DNA of 64,000 bases from a bacterium (GCA_963693055.1 OY843751.1:1504001-1568000); one strand, 5' to 3'; shown: positions 27,026 through 36,887, counted from the stretch's first letter. The notes: a model not told the origin generated them from the letters alone. Program-made: numbers and translations.

Positions 27026-30000
27026 ATGAAAAAAGCTCTTTTTCAAATTTGTCTTTTTATAATTGTTTTTATTAATCTCGAAAAGTGTTTAGCACAAGAA
27101 TATCAAGCATCTGAACCAACAGTATCACAATTTTTATATAATAGAAATGATTTTCCTTTAAACTATAATGGTGATTTAAATTTTAGTTATCCTTTGTTAA
27201 ATGTTCCTGGTATTAATGGATTGAATTTCGATTTAAATTTATTATATACCTCAGGTGGTGGCGTTAAAGCATCTGAAAATGGTTCGTGGGTGGGATTAGG
27301 ATGGAATTTAAATACATGTCAAATTAATTGTGCTCCAGCATTTAATGAATCTAATGGTGTAGAAAGTAATGCCAATGATATGTTTTATGTAAATTTACCT
27401 GGTTTAAATCATGCATTTTATAATATTTCTGCAACTTCTGAAGAAATTTGGCGAACAAATATTTTTGATAAGATTAATATTTTAGATATTGAATCCGATT
27501 TAGAAACTGAAGATTATACTGGATTTGTAATTACTTCAAAGGATGGTACAAGATATGTATTTAATAGTCCTTTGAAAAGAACATCACCTAAACCATTGAA
27601 TAATCATTCATTACATCTTTATGGGGATTTTACTAATGTATGGTATACATATGCGATAAGATTAACAGCAATATTAGGCCCAGATTATATTGATGGTGGT
27701 GGAACATCACAATATATACCAGACGATGGTGGTTCTGATTATGGATCTTGGATAAAATTTGAATATGACACACCTTTAGTTCGTACAATTCAAATGGGGA
27801 GTTCGACGACACAAAGAATTGAGATTGGATATCTTAGTAAAATTATAACTCCAACATATAAAGCTAAATTTAATATAGCATATCTCCAAGAAGAACAAAC
27901 AAGTAATGAATATTTACTGACTTTTGATGATTTTGATAATCCATTATTTAATATTGGATATTTAAAAAGATTAAAATCTATACAACTTTTTACAAAAGAA
28001 GCTGATGAGTCATCAAGTACAAATATTTTAAAAGAAGTTTCTTTTAATATCACGAAAGAATTTGGATGGTATGATAGTAGTTTTTTAACAACATACAATA
28101 GAACAAAATTGAATAATGTCACAATTTATGGTTCTGGGGGGAGTTCTAATAATTCAGTGATTGATAATATTGCATTTGAATACTATGATTATACACCTCA
28201 GAATGGATATTCAGATCCATGGGGATTTTATTCTCGCTATCAAGATGCAAATAATTGGACTGATTCAGAACAAGTTGATCGGTGGATGTTAAAAAAGATA
28301 ATATATTATTCTGGTGGTTTTGAACAATTTGAATATGAATCAGATAAATTTATTACTTGTTCTGGTAGCCCAATGTATTCTGAAGGTGAATTAGTCTATG
28401 GAGGTGGTGTTCGTATTAAGAAAAAAACTGTGAATGACGGTTTGGGGCACTCCTATGACTATTTATATTCATATGCTATTAATCATAATGGATATGGTTT
28501 TATAAGTGGATATCCTGGATTAGCTTTTAAAAATAACAAATCAAATAGACTGCATTTCTCCTCTGTTGGTTCTTCATATAATAATGATGTACATTATCCA
28601 GATATTACAGTCCAAAATCCTGACCTAAGTAAAACTACTTATTATTATACTACTGCAGCTTCTGCATATAGTAGTTCTTATGCTACCAGTGACGAACTTG
28701 CTCCTCCTACGTGTGATAATACCGAAAGCAACCAAGGGATTGTTTATACTCGCCAGAACGAAGAGAAAAAGTATCATGATTGTATTGGATATGTGAATGT
28801 TGTTTCCAACCCAGGATTTTTGTTATACTGGGATGATGTATATTTTATGCATGAATTTACTAATAGCTGGAAACGAGGTATCGTTTGGAAAATAGTGAAA
28901 AAGAATATTAGTAATTTACCAATTCAAGAAGTGAAAAATTATTATTATATGAAACCAATGGGTGCCCGTCAATATCAAGTTTCTTTTGATGGTTCTGCTG
29001 TCCATACTTGCTATTTTTCTTATGGATACCCACGTTTAGATGAAGTTATAACTAAAACATTTGATTCGAATGGACAAAATCCAGTTGAATCAGTTGTATC
29101 TTATGAATATCACTCGACAAGCAAATTAATTACAAAAATAACAGAAACCAATAGTGATGGCAATGAACGAAGGGCTCGTTATTATTACATGATTGACGGT
29201 GAATTTGAAATTGATGCAAATAGTGATGCGGCAACAGTTTTTACTAATAAACATATGTATTCACAAATAAACGCAGTGGCTGTGCACAATTCTAATGGTT
29301 GGGATTATAGTACTGGTGGGAGTCTTGAAAGTCTGGAAATTACCTGGTGGGATGAAGTATCTAAAAAACAAAGATATAAAACAATTTGGACAGATGATGA
29401 AGGGGATAAAGACGCAGAATCAGTTATATTACCTGGGAGTATTGATGTTGATGATGAGTGGATAAAAATCAGTATGGAGAATTATGATTCTCATAAAAGA
29501 TTAATCGAATCAATTGATGGAAATGGAAATGTAACCAAATATTATTATGGAACTAGTAATTCACCATTTTCGAATTCCACTTCAAATTATTATGTAACAG
29601 GCATTCAAAAACAAAATGGTACTTTAGATACTGTTTTACCTTCGATTTCTGGGAATAGACCGGGTGATGATATGTTTTTGGAATACCAATATAATAACTT
29701 GGGACAGGTCACAAAGATTGTTGATGAAAATGGTAAATCAATATATTATGAATACGACAATAGTTGGAGGTTGTCGGGTCAAAAAAATAATTCTCAAACT
29801 TCAATTCTATCATATAACTATCATAATAAAGCAGAAGGTGCAGATGGTGGTGTATTTGATTCTGATGATCCTAATGCAATTAATACTAGTAAATACTATA
29901 ATAGTACAGATGTTGGCAGCTTTGTGAAATATTTTGATGGGCTTGGTAGAGAAATTCAATCCCAGATTAATTTAGGTAATTCGATGATTTTACAAGGAAA

Positions 30001-31885
30001 AGTCTATAATTCTATGGGCCAGCTTGCAGTAATTACGAAACCTATTGAAGATGTGCAAATGACCAGTCATGATTATAGTACTTCTCTCATTGAAGCTGAT
30101 TGGATCATAGGTAATGCTATGACATCAGAGTCAAAAGTTAATAACTATTATACCAATACTTCAAATGATGAGAGTTTGCCACCACACGCAGGTGGGTATC
30201 CTTACACATTTACAAAATATGTTAATGGGTTTAGCGATAGAATAGAACAAGTTGGAAAACCTGGTTATGATTATAGGATTGTGTTAAATGGAAACCAAAT
30301 TGAATACTCTTATGGTACAAATGATGATATCATTACTATTGGTTCAAAGAGTTATTCCGCTCAAAAACTTTATAAAACAATTGTAACTGATGAGTGTAAT
30401 AAAAAAGTTACTGAATATAAAGATATTTTTGGTAATACGGTATTAAAAGTAATTGATCCAGGCTCAACATCAGTGAATTTAAATTTGCAAACCGGTTTTA
30501 TATATGATATTCGAGGTAGTTTAGTTAAAATTCTTCCACCAAAATCAAATTTGTCAGGTACAAGTCCTTACTGTACAAACATGACTTATAATTCGATTGG
30601 ACAAATGCTAACTAAAAGCTCACCCGATGCAGGATTGGTAGAGTACAAGTATGATAATAATGGGAATTTAAGATTTATAAGAGATGCAGTACATCGTTCC
30701 ACAACAGATTTAGACCGATTTGTTTTTAATATTTATGATGAATTAAATCGACTAATTATTACCGGTGAAACAACAAATACTTCATATACTCCTGATTGGA
30801 CTGAATTGAATGGAAACAATGATTATATTGATGGGGCAAATGATTTTGAGAATTTTGACACGCCTGGCACAACATACCAAATTGTTAATTGTTATGATGA
30901 GGCACCTGATTATGGTTCTGAAGGTGTATGGAAAGATGCACTGGATCGGGGAACGTTGAATAATCTTAAGGGGCGTTTGGCGGCAACGGCTTATTATGAT
31001 AAAGTTTCAGGAAAATATGGATATACATATTACTCTTATAATAACGATGGAAATATTGAATCACAATATCAAGATTTACCTGGGAATGAACTTGGTTGTA
31101 AAAAAATTAATTATTTTTATGATTGGCAAGGTAATATAACTAATATCTATTATCAACCATTTACTCTTGATCGTTTTTATATTAATTATGAATATGACTT
31201 GGCCGGGAGAGTTTCAGCGATTAATGCAAGACTAAGAAGTTGGGGGAGTTTTTTTCCAATAACTGAATATGAATATTGGCCAACTGGCCAGGTTAAATCT
31301 GTAATTTATAATTTGTATGACGATGATGACTCTAATGACAAAACTATAAACTATCAAATGCATATACGTGACTGGATTAAGAAAATTGATTTAAATAATA
31401 CATTTCAGGTAGAGTATGATTTCTTTAATAATGGAAATATTAAAGATATGGACCAAAAAGTTGATGGTGATCTTGATAATTCCCTTGCTGATGAAACGAG
31501 TTATGGATATGACATTTCATATGATAATGCTTACAGGTTGAAAGGAGCAACAGCTACAAATACACCAGCTATTAGCGTAGGATATAGTTATGATGATAAT
31601 GGTAATATTTTAGGATTGGGACGTGGTAGCTCAAGTACTCCTTCTCAAAATTATTTTTATATTGCAAATAAAAATCAGCTTGCCTATTTATCGGGGCAAA
31701 CAAATCCTAATTTTAAATATGATTTAAATGGTAATGTTACGGATGTTACTGACAAGGGTATCGAAGATATATATTATAATTATTTAAATTTACCCTATCA
31801 AATTGATTTTAGTTCTGATTGGATTAAATATGGTTATGATGCTACTGGTAAGCGGGTTTATAAAAAAGCATATATTTCAGAATAA
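27026..31885 (+). CDS. Rhs/YD-repeat shell protein, N-terminal part (no Rhs core)
   Basis: Signal peptide; G.L...PL..VPG...Y.SGGGVK....WVGLGWNL; YD repeats (YFDGLGR, YKYDNNGNL, YDLAGRV, YDLNGNV); ends YDATGKRVYKK. Confidence 0.9.
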   Translation: MKKALFQICLFIIVFINLEKCLAQEYQASEPTVSQFLYNRNDFPLNYNGDLNFSYPLLNVPGINGLNFDLNLLYTSGGGVKASENGSWVGLGWNLNTCQINCAPAFNESNGVESNANDMFYVNLPGLNHAFYNISATSEEIWRTNIFDKINILDIESDLETEDYTGFVITSKDGTRYVFNSPLKRTSPKPLNNHSLHLYGDFTNVWYTYAIRLTAILGPDYIDGGGTSQYIPDDGGSDYGSWIKFEYDTPLVRTIQMGSSTTQRIEIGYLSKIITPTYKAKFNIAYLQEEQTSNEYLLTFDDFDNPLFNIGYLKRLKSIQLFTKEADESSSTNILKEVSFNITKEFGWYDSSFLTTYNRTKLNNVTIYGSGGSSNNSVIDNIAFEYYDYTPQNGYSDPWGFYSRYQDANNWTDSEQVDRWMLKKIIYYSGGFEQFEYESDKFITCSGSPMYSEGELVYGGGVRIKKKTVNDGLGHSYDYLYSYAINHNGYGFISGYPGLAFKNNKSNRLHFSSVGSSYNNDVHYPDITVQNPDLSKTTYYYTTAASAYSSSYATSDELAPPTCDNTESNQGIVYTRQNEEKKYHDCIGYVNVVSNPGFLLYWDDVYFMHEFTNSWKRGIVWKIVKKNISNLPIQEVKNYYYMKPMGARQYQVSFDGSAVHTCYFSYGYPRLDEVITKTFDSNGQNPVESVVSYEYHSTSKLITKITETNSDGNERRARYYYMIDGEFEIDANSDAATVFTNKHMYSQINAVAVHNSNGWDYSTGGSLESLEITWWDEVSKKQRYKTIWTDDEGDKDAESVILPGSIDVDDEWIKISMENYDSHKRLIESIDGNGNVTKYYYGTSNSPFSNSTSNYYVTGIQKQNGTLDTVLPSISGNRPGDDMFLEYQYNNLGQVTKIVDENGKSIYYEYDNSWRLSGQKNNSQTSILSYNYHNKAEGADGGVFDSDDPNAINTSKYYNSTDVGSFVKYFDGLGREIQSQINLGNSMILQGKVYNSMGQLAVITKPIEDVQMTSHDYSTSLIEADWIIGNAMTSESKVNNYYTNTSNDESLPPHAGGYPYTFTKYVNGFSDRIEQVGKPGYDYRIVLNGNQIEYSYGTNDDIITIGSKSYSAQKLYKTIVTDECNKKVTEYKDIFGNTVLKVIDPGSTSVNLNLQTGFIYDIRGSLVKILPPKSNLSGTSPYCTNMTYNSIGQMLTKSSPDAGLVEYKYDNNGNLRFIRDAVHRSTTDLDRFVFNIYDELNRLIITGETTNTSYTPDWTELNGNNDYIDGANDFENFDTPGTTYQIVNCYDEAPDYGSEGVWKDALDRGTLNNLKGRLAATAYYDKVSGKYGYTYYSYNNDGNIESQYQDLPGNELGCKKINYFYDWQGNITNIYYQPFTLDRFYINYEYDLAGRVSAINARLRSWGSFFPITEYEYWPTGQVKSVIYNLYDDDDSNDKTINYQMHIRDWIKKIDLNNTFQVEYDFFNNGNIKDMDQKVDGDLDNSLADETSYGYDISYDNAYRLKGATATNTPAISVGYSYDDNGNILGLGRGSSSTPSQNYFYIANKNQLAYLSGQTNPNFKYDLNGNVTDVTDKGIEDIYYNYLNLPYQIDFSSDWIKYGYDATGKRVYKKAYISE

Positions 31886-31916
31886 TAAAATTTTGACAAT
31901 AAACTTGGAGTTTAAA

Positions 31917-33593
31917 ATGAAAAACGAAATTTTTGTATTATTAATAGTTGTTTTGGTTTTCTTTGGTGTTGCAACTTCTCAGAAAGTTGAAAGAGAAGAA
32001 CTTTTGGAAAAAAGAACATTAACAAGTAAAACTTTTCTAAATTCAGATAATAGCTATACTACAGAAATTAGTTCAGGATTTGTTCATTATTTGGATGGAA
32101 GCGGCAAGTACCAGGAAATAAATCGTAATATTGTTCCCTCATCAACTGATTATGATTTTGAAGTATCTGAAGGCATGTACCAGGTTTTTTTCAAGTCAGA
32201 TATTAGCCAACCTAATGCTGTAGTTTGTCAAACCCGTGGTGGTGCAGGTATTAATACCCAGTTATGGGGAATGGGTTACCTTGATATTTCTACCAAAGAA
32301 TACCAGGTATTACATAAAGTCCAACCAACTGATGCTGTAACAAAGGGAAATGAAATATATTATACAAATGTTTTTGAAAATGTTGATATGAGAATTCAAT
32401 ATTCGGAAACAAAACTAAAAGAAGAAATCTTTTTAACCCAAAAAGCCAGAGCAAGCCTGCCTGTGCCCGAAAATTTTAAAATGAACAGCAAGCAGACATA
32501 CCTGGTTTTTATTCATAAAATTGACATGGATATGCCTTCAATTGCGCCATTTGCTCAAAAACAATCATTAAAATCAAAATCAGAAGCTTATGAAGGTAAG
32601 GATCGAATTGAATTCAAGGATATTAAAGGAGATGTTAAATTTTATTTGCCATTAGATTACGCTTTTCTGGAATCTGATAGAGACTCTGTATTCTCTGAAA
32701 ACATAACAGAGATTACCAAGCGAATAATAGTTGAAAATGGAGAAAGATTCTTGATGGCTGGCGTACCTCTTTCATGGGTTGAGAACAGAACGGAGGGTAC
32801 TATTGTATTTGATCCTACGGTTTCTATTCAACCTACTACTGCTGCGGTTGGGAAAGATGCAATGATTTTAGAGTACCCAGTTAATTCTGAATGTGTATAT
32901 AAGAACTATGGAGCTTATGAAAGAATTTATGCAGAAACATCACGTCCTTGGAGGACATTGATACAATTTGATGTTTCATCTATACCAGAATCGGCTCAAA
33001 TTAATGAAGCAAATTTAACTTTGTATCTTTTGAAAAATGCATCTAATTCTGAAGCATCAAAGACATTGTATTGTTACCCTATTCTTAGAGAGTGGAAAGA
33101 AGGGTCTGCTGCAAATGCCGTTAATTCAAGTGCTTATGATGGGGTGACATGGTATGAACGCTTTTGGCTAAATTCAGTAAGCGTTGCAACTGCAAATAAT
33201 GCTTTTAACAGTAATGATCCATGGGATGAGAGCTTGGCCGATTGGCGCACTCAAGGTGGTGACTTTGGAAGTTTAACTGTTTCTAAGGTTATAACCGAAT
33301 TAGCATATCACTTTTGTGATGTTGATATTAAAGATGCAGTTGAAGGCTGGGTTGCTAATCCGGATGATAATTTTGGAATAATGTTGAAAACTGACGAATT
33401 AGTTACATACGCTACTTCATCATCTGCTTCTTCTGCTACAACTTATTACGAGTTTTGGTTTGTTGCCTCTGATAATACCAGTTATTCTTCAAGTTATTTT
33501 CCAAAACTGGTGATTGATTATACTCTTGAAACACGCAGTACCTATTATGTACGAGATGCAGCGGGTAATGTTATTGCCACCTATGAACGATAA
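31917..33593 (+). CDS. secreted DNRLRE-like domain protein ending in a single Rhs repeat
   Basis: Signal peptide; ELLEKRT..SKTF.N.D.SYT...HY; KDA.I...NYG...LIQFDVS.IP...A.L.LY...W.....NFGIML...PKLVIDY; last residues TYYVRDAAGNVIATYER. Confidence 0.82.
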   Translation: MKNEIFVLLIVVLVFFGVATSQKVEREELLEKRTLTSKTFLNSDNSYTTEISSGFVHYLDGSGKYQEINRNIVPSSTDYDFEVSEGMYQVFFKSDISQPNAVVCQTRGGAGINTQLWGMGYLDISTKEYQVLHKVQPTDAVTKGNEIYYTNVFENVDMRIQYSETKLKEEIFLTQKARASLPVPENFKMNSKQTYLVFIHKIDMDMPSIAPFAQKQSLKSKSEAYEGKDRIEFKDIKGDVKFYLPLDYAFLESDRDSVFSENITEITKRIIVENGERFLMAGVPLSWVENRTEGTIVFDPTVSIQPTTAAVGKDAMILEYPVNSECVYKNYGAYERIYAETSRPWRTLIQFDVSSIPESAQINEANLTLYLLKNASNSEASKTLYCYPILREWKEGSAANAVNSSAYDGVTWYERFWLNSVSVATANNAFNSNDPWDESLADWRTQGGDFGSLTVSKVITELAYHFCDVDIKDAVEGWVANPDDNFGIMLKTDELVTYATSSSASSATTYYEFWFVASDNTSYSSSYFPKLVIDYTLETRSTYYVRDAAGNVIATYER

Positions 33594-33650
33594 TTGATCT
33601 GTTGAATTGCCGCCTTTATAATGACGGTGGCTATTTTAGGGAGATTTAAT

Positions 33651-34706
33651 ATGAAAATTAAAAAATATTTGCTTTTGATCGTAATTTTTTGTAGTATTTT
33701 AAATATTAATCTTTATGCCAGTGATGAATGGTCTTTTATGATCAATGACCATGTAGGGAATACCCGTGCTGTATTAGATGAATACGGCAATACCCGTGCT
33801 ATTTACGATTATTACCCATATGGACTTGAAATGCATTCGATGGTTAGCGGCAAGGAAACCCGATTCAAGTACACTGGGAAAGAATTGGATGAAGCTGGTG
33901 GGTTAAATTGGTATTACTATGGTGCTCGTTTTTATGATCCTCAAATTGGACGTTTTATGGGTGTTGATCCACTAGCTGTAAAATATCCAACATTAAGTCC
34001 TTATGTATATTCAGCAAATAATCCAGTAATGTTATTTGATGTTGATGGAAGATATATTATGCGAGGTAATATGGTTTTGAGGTATCCAATAGGTATGGCA
34101 TATACAATAGAATATGGTAGTATGGTTAGTACTTTAGGTGCATTTGCAATATATGGAACACAACATTTATTAGGGGATCATAATTACGATTTTTTTACCC
34201 TCGCATCACTAACACCTGCAGATAATGTTTTTATGATAGGTTCAAAATTAATGACTTATGCAAGTAAAACTGGAATAATAAGTGAAAAAGCATTGATGGT
34301 TGCTGGTTTATCTATGGGAAAATTGCCTCTTGATATGGTTCAAGGTTTAACTGATAATAATACAGTTAACAAAACATACCGTGATATGGCAATACAATAT
34401 GTATTAGTGAATTTAGGAGTTGCTGTAGATCGCACTCATAGATTATGTGCAGTGGATCGTACTTTTCCAACTATTGAAGTTGTGAATATGAAATTAATTG
34501 AATCTCTATTAGGATATAAAGCGAATCCAGCAGACTTTGTAGAGGTTGTAGAATCATTTTTTAAAATGAAAAAAAACGAATTTATTGAAGATCATGGAGA
34601 AAAGTTGTATGATAAATTAAAAGAAGCTTATGATAAAGAAAATACTTTTATGCCCTTGGATCGTGATAGATCATTTACATTTGATATACATTTTGAGATT
34701 AAATAA
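33651..34706 (+). CDS. Rhs-associated core plus C-terminal putative toxin, with its own signal peptide
   Basis: MKIKKYLLLIVIFCSILNINLYA; DHVGNTR, YYPYG, YTGKELD, YYGARFYDPQIGRF..VDP, SPYVY..NNP...DVDG. Confidence 0.9.
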   Translation: MKIKKYLLLIVIFCSILNINLYASDEWSFMINDHVGNTRAVLDEYGNTRAIYDYYPYGLEMHSMVSGKETRFKYTGKELDEAGGLNWYYYGARFYDPQIGRFMGVDPLAVKYPTLSPYVYSANNPVMLFDVDGRYIMRGNMVLRYPIGMAYTIEYGSMVSTLGAFAIYGTQHLLGDHNYDFFTLASLTPADNVFMIGSKLMTYASKTGIISEKALMVAGLSMGKLPLDMVQGLTDNNTVNKTYRDMAIQYVLVNLGVAVDRTHRLCAVDRTFPTIEVVNMKLIESLLGYKANPADFVEVVESFFKMKKNEFIEDHGEKLYDKLKEAYDKENTFMPLDRDRSFTFDIHFEIK

Positions 34707-34869
34707 ATTCAGTTTACATCTCTTTTATGATAGCTTATATTTTTTGAAGAAAAACTATGAATTAAAAATAACCAAGAATCTATTAGTGAAAGTACTTAAT
34801 ATGACTATTAAAAATTCAAAATGAAAGAATGTATGGAAAATATTTAATATTAATCCATGATAAAGGAAA

Positions 34870-35973
34870 ATGGATATGATAAAAAAAGTTTTTATCTTTA
34901 TATTTGGAGTGCCATTTTATTTTGTATTACAAACATTGTGTGTTGCTGACGAACCAATATTGGGTGAAGGTAAATTTAATGCTGAAATTACAAATACTGC
35001 AAACATGATAGCCTTTATTCAAGACAAGAAAAATGATTATTTAATACAACCTGAAAATTCAGATATCTATTTATTAAATCCAAATAATGGTAAGCGACAA
35101 CACCTGACAGAAGATAAATATCAGTATGAAGAATTGCAATGGTCACCTGATGGCAGAAATATGTTGTTCACATGCAGACGTAATAATGATTTGGGAGCAA
35201 GTTTCGATGCTTCAGAGAATCCAGCCTATCTAGCTATTTATAGTTTTGACTCACTTGAGGAACGATTGTTGGAAAATGTGATTAAAAATAATGTTATAAA
35301 ATTGGGGAATACCTATTATAAAGGGAATAAAGATTTTAAATGGCACACTGAAGACAAATATTTCAATACTTCCAGAATTTCATGGCTTAATAATAATAGA
35401 ATCTCTTTCTTTAGGAAATTTCCATTTGGTATAGATAGAAGAATAGGAGATTTATGTACAACCGATTTACATGGTAATAATCTAAAAGTTTTTAGAGATT
35501 TTAAAAAACCTAGAAAATGGTTTGGTGGTAAAATCTGGTTAAATGAAATAACACTGTTATTTGTACACTTGTTAAATGAGGACAAGTGGGATTTAGTTAT
35601 GGTTAATACAAAAAATGATTCAATTATCCCACAAAATTATCCTCAAAATGATATTTATGAGATAGATGATATATTTTGTATTTCTAATAATAAAAAATAT
35701 TTACTTTGTGAGGAATCGAAATTTGACACAAAGATTAATAAACAATTTAATCGTATGGCTTTATATAATTTAGATACTGGCATAAAAAGGATTCTTATGA
35801 ATGATGTATTTGGTGCTTGTTTTTCACCTGATGATTCAATGATAGCATGTATTCATGGTGATCATTCGGGTAATAATGATATCTTTTTATTGGATATAAA
35901 CGGAAAAATTGTAAAACAATTAACTTTTGATGGAGGACGTAAAAGTTCAATTGACTGGTGTTCAGTGAAATAG
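34870..35973 (+). CDS. TolB-like (PD40) beta-propeller, candidate immunity or accessory protein
   Basis: Signal peptide; DIYLL, WSPDGR, FSPDDS, DIFLLD...QLT; directly after the toxin gene. Confidence 0.7.
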   Translation: MDMIKKVFIFIFGVPFYFVLQTLCVADEPILGEGKFNAEITNTANMIAFIQDKKNDYLIQPENSDIYLLNPNNGKRQHLTEDKYQYEELQWSPDGRNMLFTCRRNNDLGASFDASENPAYLAIYSFDSLEERLLENVIKNNVIKLGNTYYKGNKDFKWHTEDKYFNTSRISWLNNNRISFFRKFPFGIDRRIGDLCTTDLHGNNLKVFRDFKKPRKWFGGKIWLNEITLLFVHLLNEDKWDLVMVNTKNDSIIPQNYPQNDIYEIDDIFCISNNKKYLLCEESKFDTKINKQFNRMALYNLDTGIKRILMNDVFGACFSPDDSMIACIHGDHSGNNDIFLLDINGKIVKQLTFDGGRKSSIDWCSVK

Positions 35974-36119
35974 TATGTAGTTTTAAAGGTGGTCTAGATT
36001 TTAATTCGTTTTCAATTTCTGTATCTTGAAATCATAAAATACGTGCAAGAATATGTGGTATAGATTAATTTCTTAAAACACTAGCACACTGTTAATCTCG
36101 CCATAACTGGTGTTATTTA

Positions 36120-36436
36120 ATTGTCTGAATTATGATTTACAGGATTAAAGGATTACAGGATTGAATTGACCTTGCAAAACTGATCATGGGGAGATTGTCT
36201 TCGTCACAACTCTGAATATACTTCATTATTCCATTTCGAATGCTTTGGTAGTTTTGCAGGTTAGCTCTATTAACCATGTGGCCATTCTGCTAATAAAGAT
36301 AAATGATGCGTAAGTCGCATCCTGCCGGATCCGTCTGTACCGGTCAATCGAAATGAATTTCGTTCTACATGGTAATCCGCAGAAGATTTTCAGAGGCTTC
36401 TTGCAGGGCCGGTCCCGAAGTGAATTCGGAATGACC
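36120..36436. repeat. cluster of degenerate REP-like and short repeated elements
   Basis: GATTTACAGGATTAAAGGATTACAGGAT; CGAAATGAATTTCG; CCGAAGTGAATTCGGAATGAC; no ORF. Confidence 0.35.
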
Positions 36437-36459
36437 TCTAAATTATATCCCTTGAAACC

Positions 36460-36491
36460 AAAAAAGCCCCAGAAAAATTCTGAGGCTTTTT
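36460..36491. terminator. bidirectional intrinsic terminator
   Basis: AAAAAGCCCCAGAA-AAA-TTCTGAGGCTTTTT. Confidence 0.6.
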
Positions 36492-36601
36492 GTGTTCTTA
36501 CTTGAATATGTTATTCATGCCGCCTCGTGCTGCCTTATAAAGGCCCCTTGAGCATACGTCCTAAACGCTGCATGCGCAATCTTGAACACGGGAGCTAATA
36601 C

Positions 36602-36737
36602 AATTTCTTAAATTCCAACGTTTTTGAGACAAATTAAAAGCCTTCATTTTCAGGCTTTTTTTTATGCCTGATTGTGTCTCAAAAGTCGTCTCATATTCTA
36701 ATTCTTAAATCCCCAACATTATACCCTTTTTGAGACT
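36602..36737. promoter_or_regulatory. res-like recombination site, copy B (direct repeat of copy A)
   Basis: CGTTTTTGAGACAAATT..A.GCCT...CAGGCTTTTTTT.ATGC...GTGTCTCAAAA...TTTTTGAGA, colinear with copy A. Confidence 0.65.
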
Positions 36738-36887
36738 CTCCCAAAATCCTCAATATGAAAATACCAATTTAATTTTTTTCATTTTTTTCAAAAAAAATAC
36801 CAAAAAATCACCTTTGCATTGTATTTATTAATAGAGAGTCACTGATAAGAAAGGAGGTAATAAGGTGTAAAGGTGACTCATTAATTC

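Noticed and set aside
33759-33800. 12 bp direct repeat AATACCCGTGCT in the Rhs core gene
   Set aside because: Encodes NTRA twice within normal Rhs repeat periodicity; no evidence of a recombination site.
31803-34706. Rhs pseudogene broken by frameshifts
   Set aside because: Each piece has its own RBS and signal peptide, and the middle gene contains ~540 aa of non-Rhs domains, which point mutations cannot explain.
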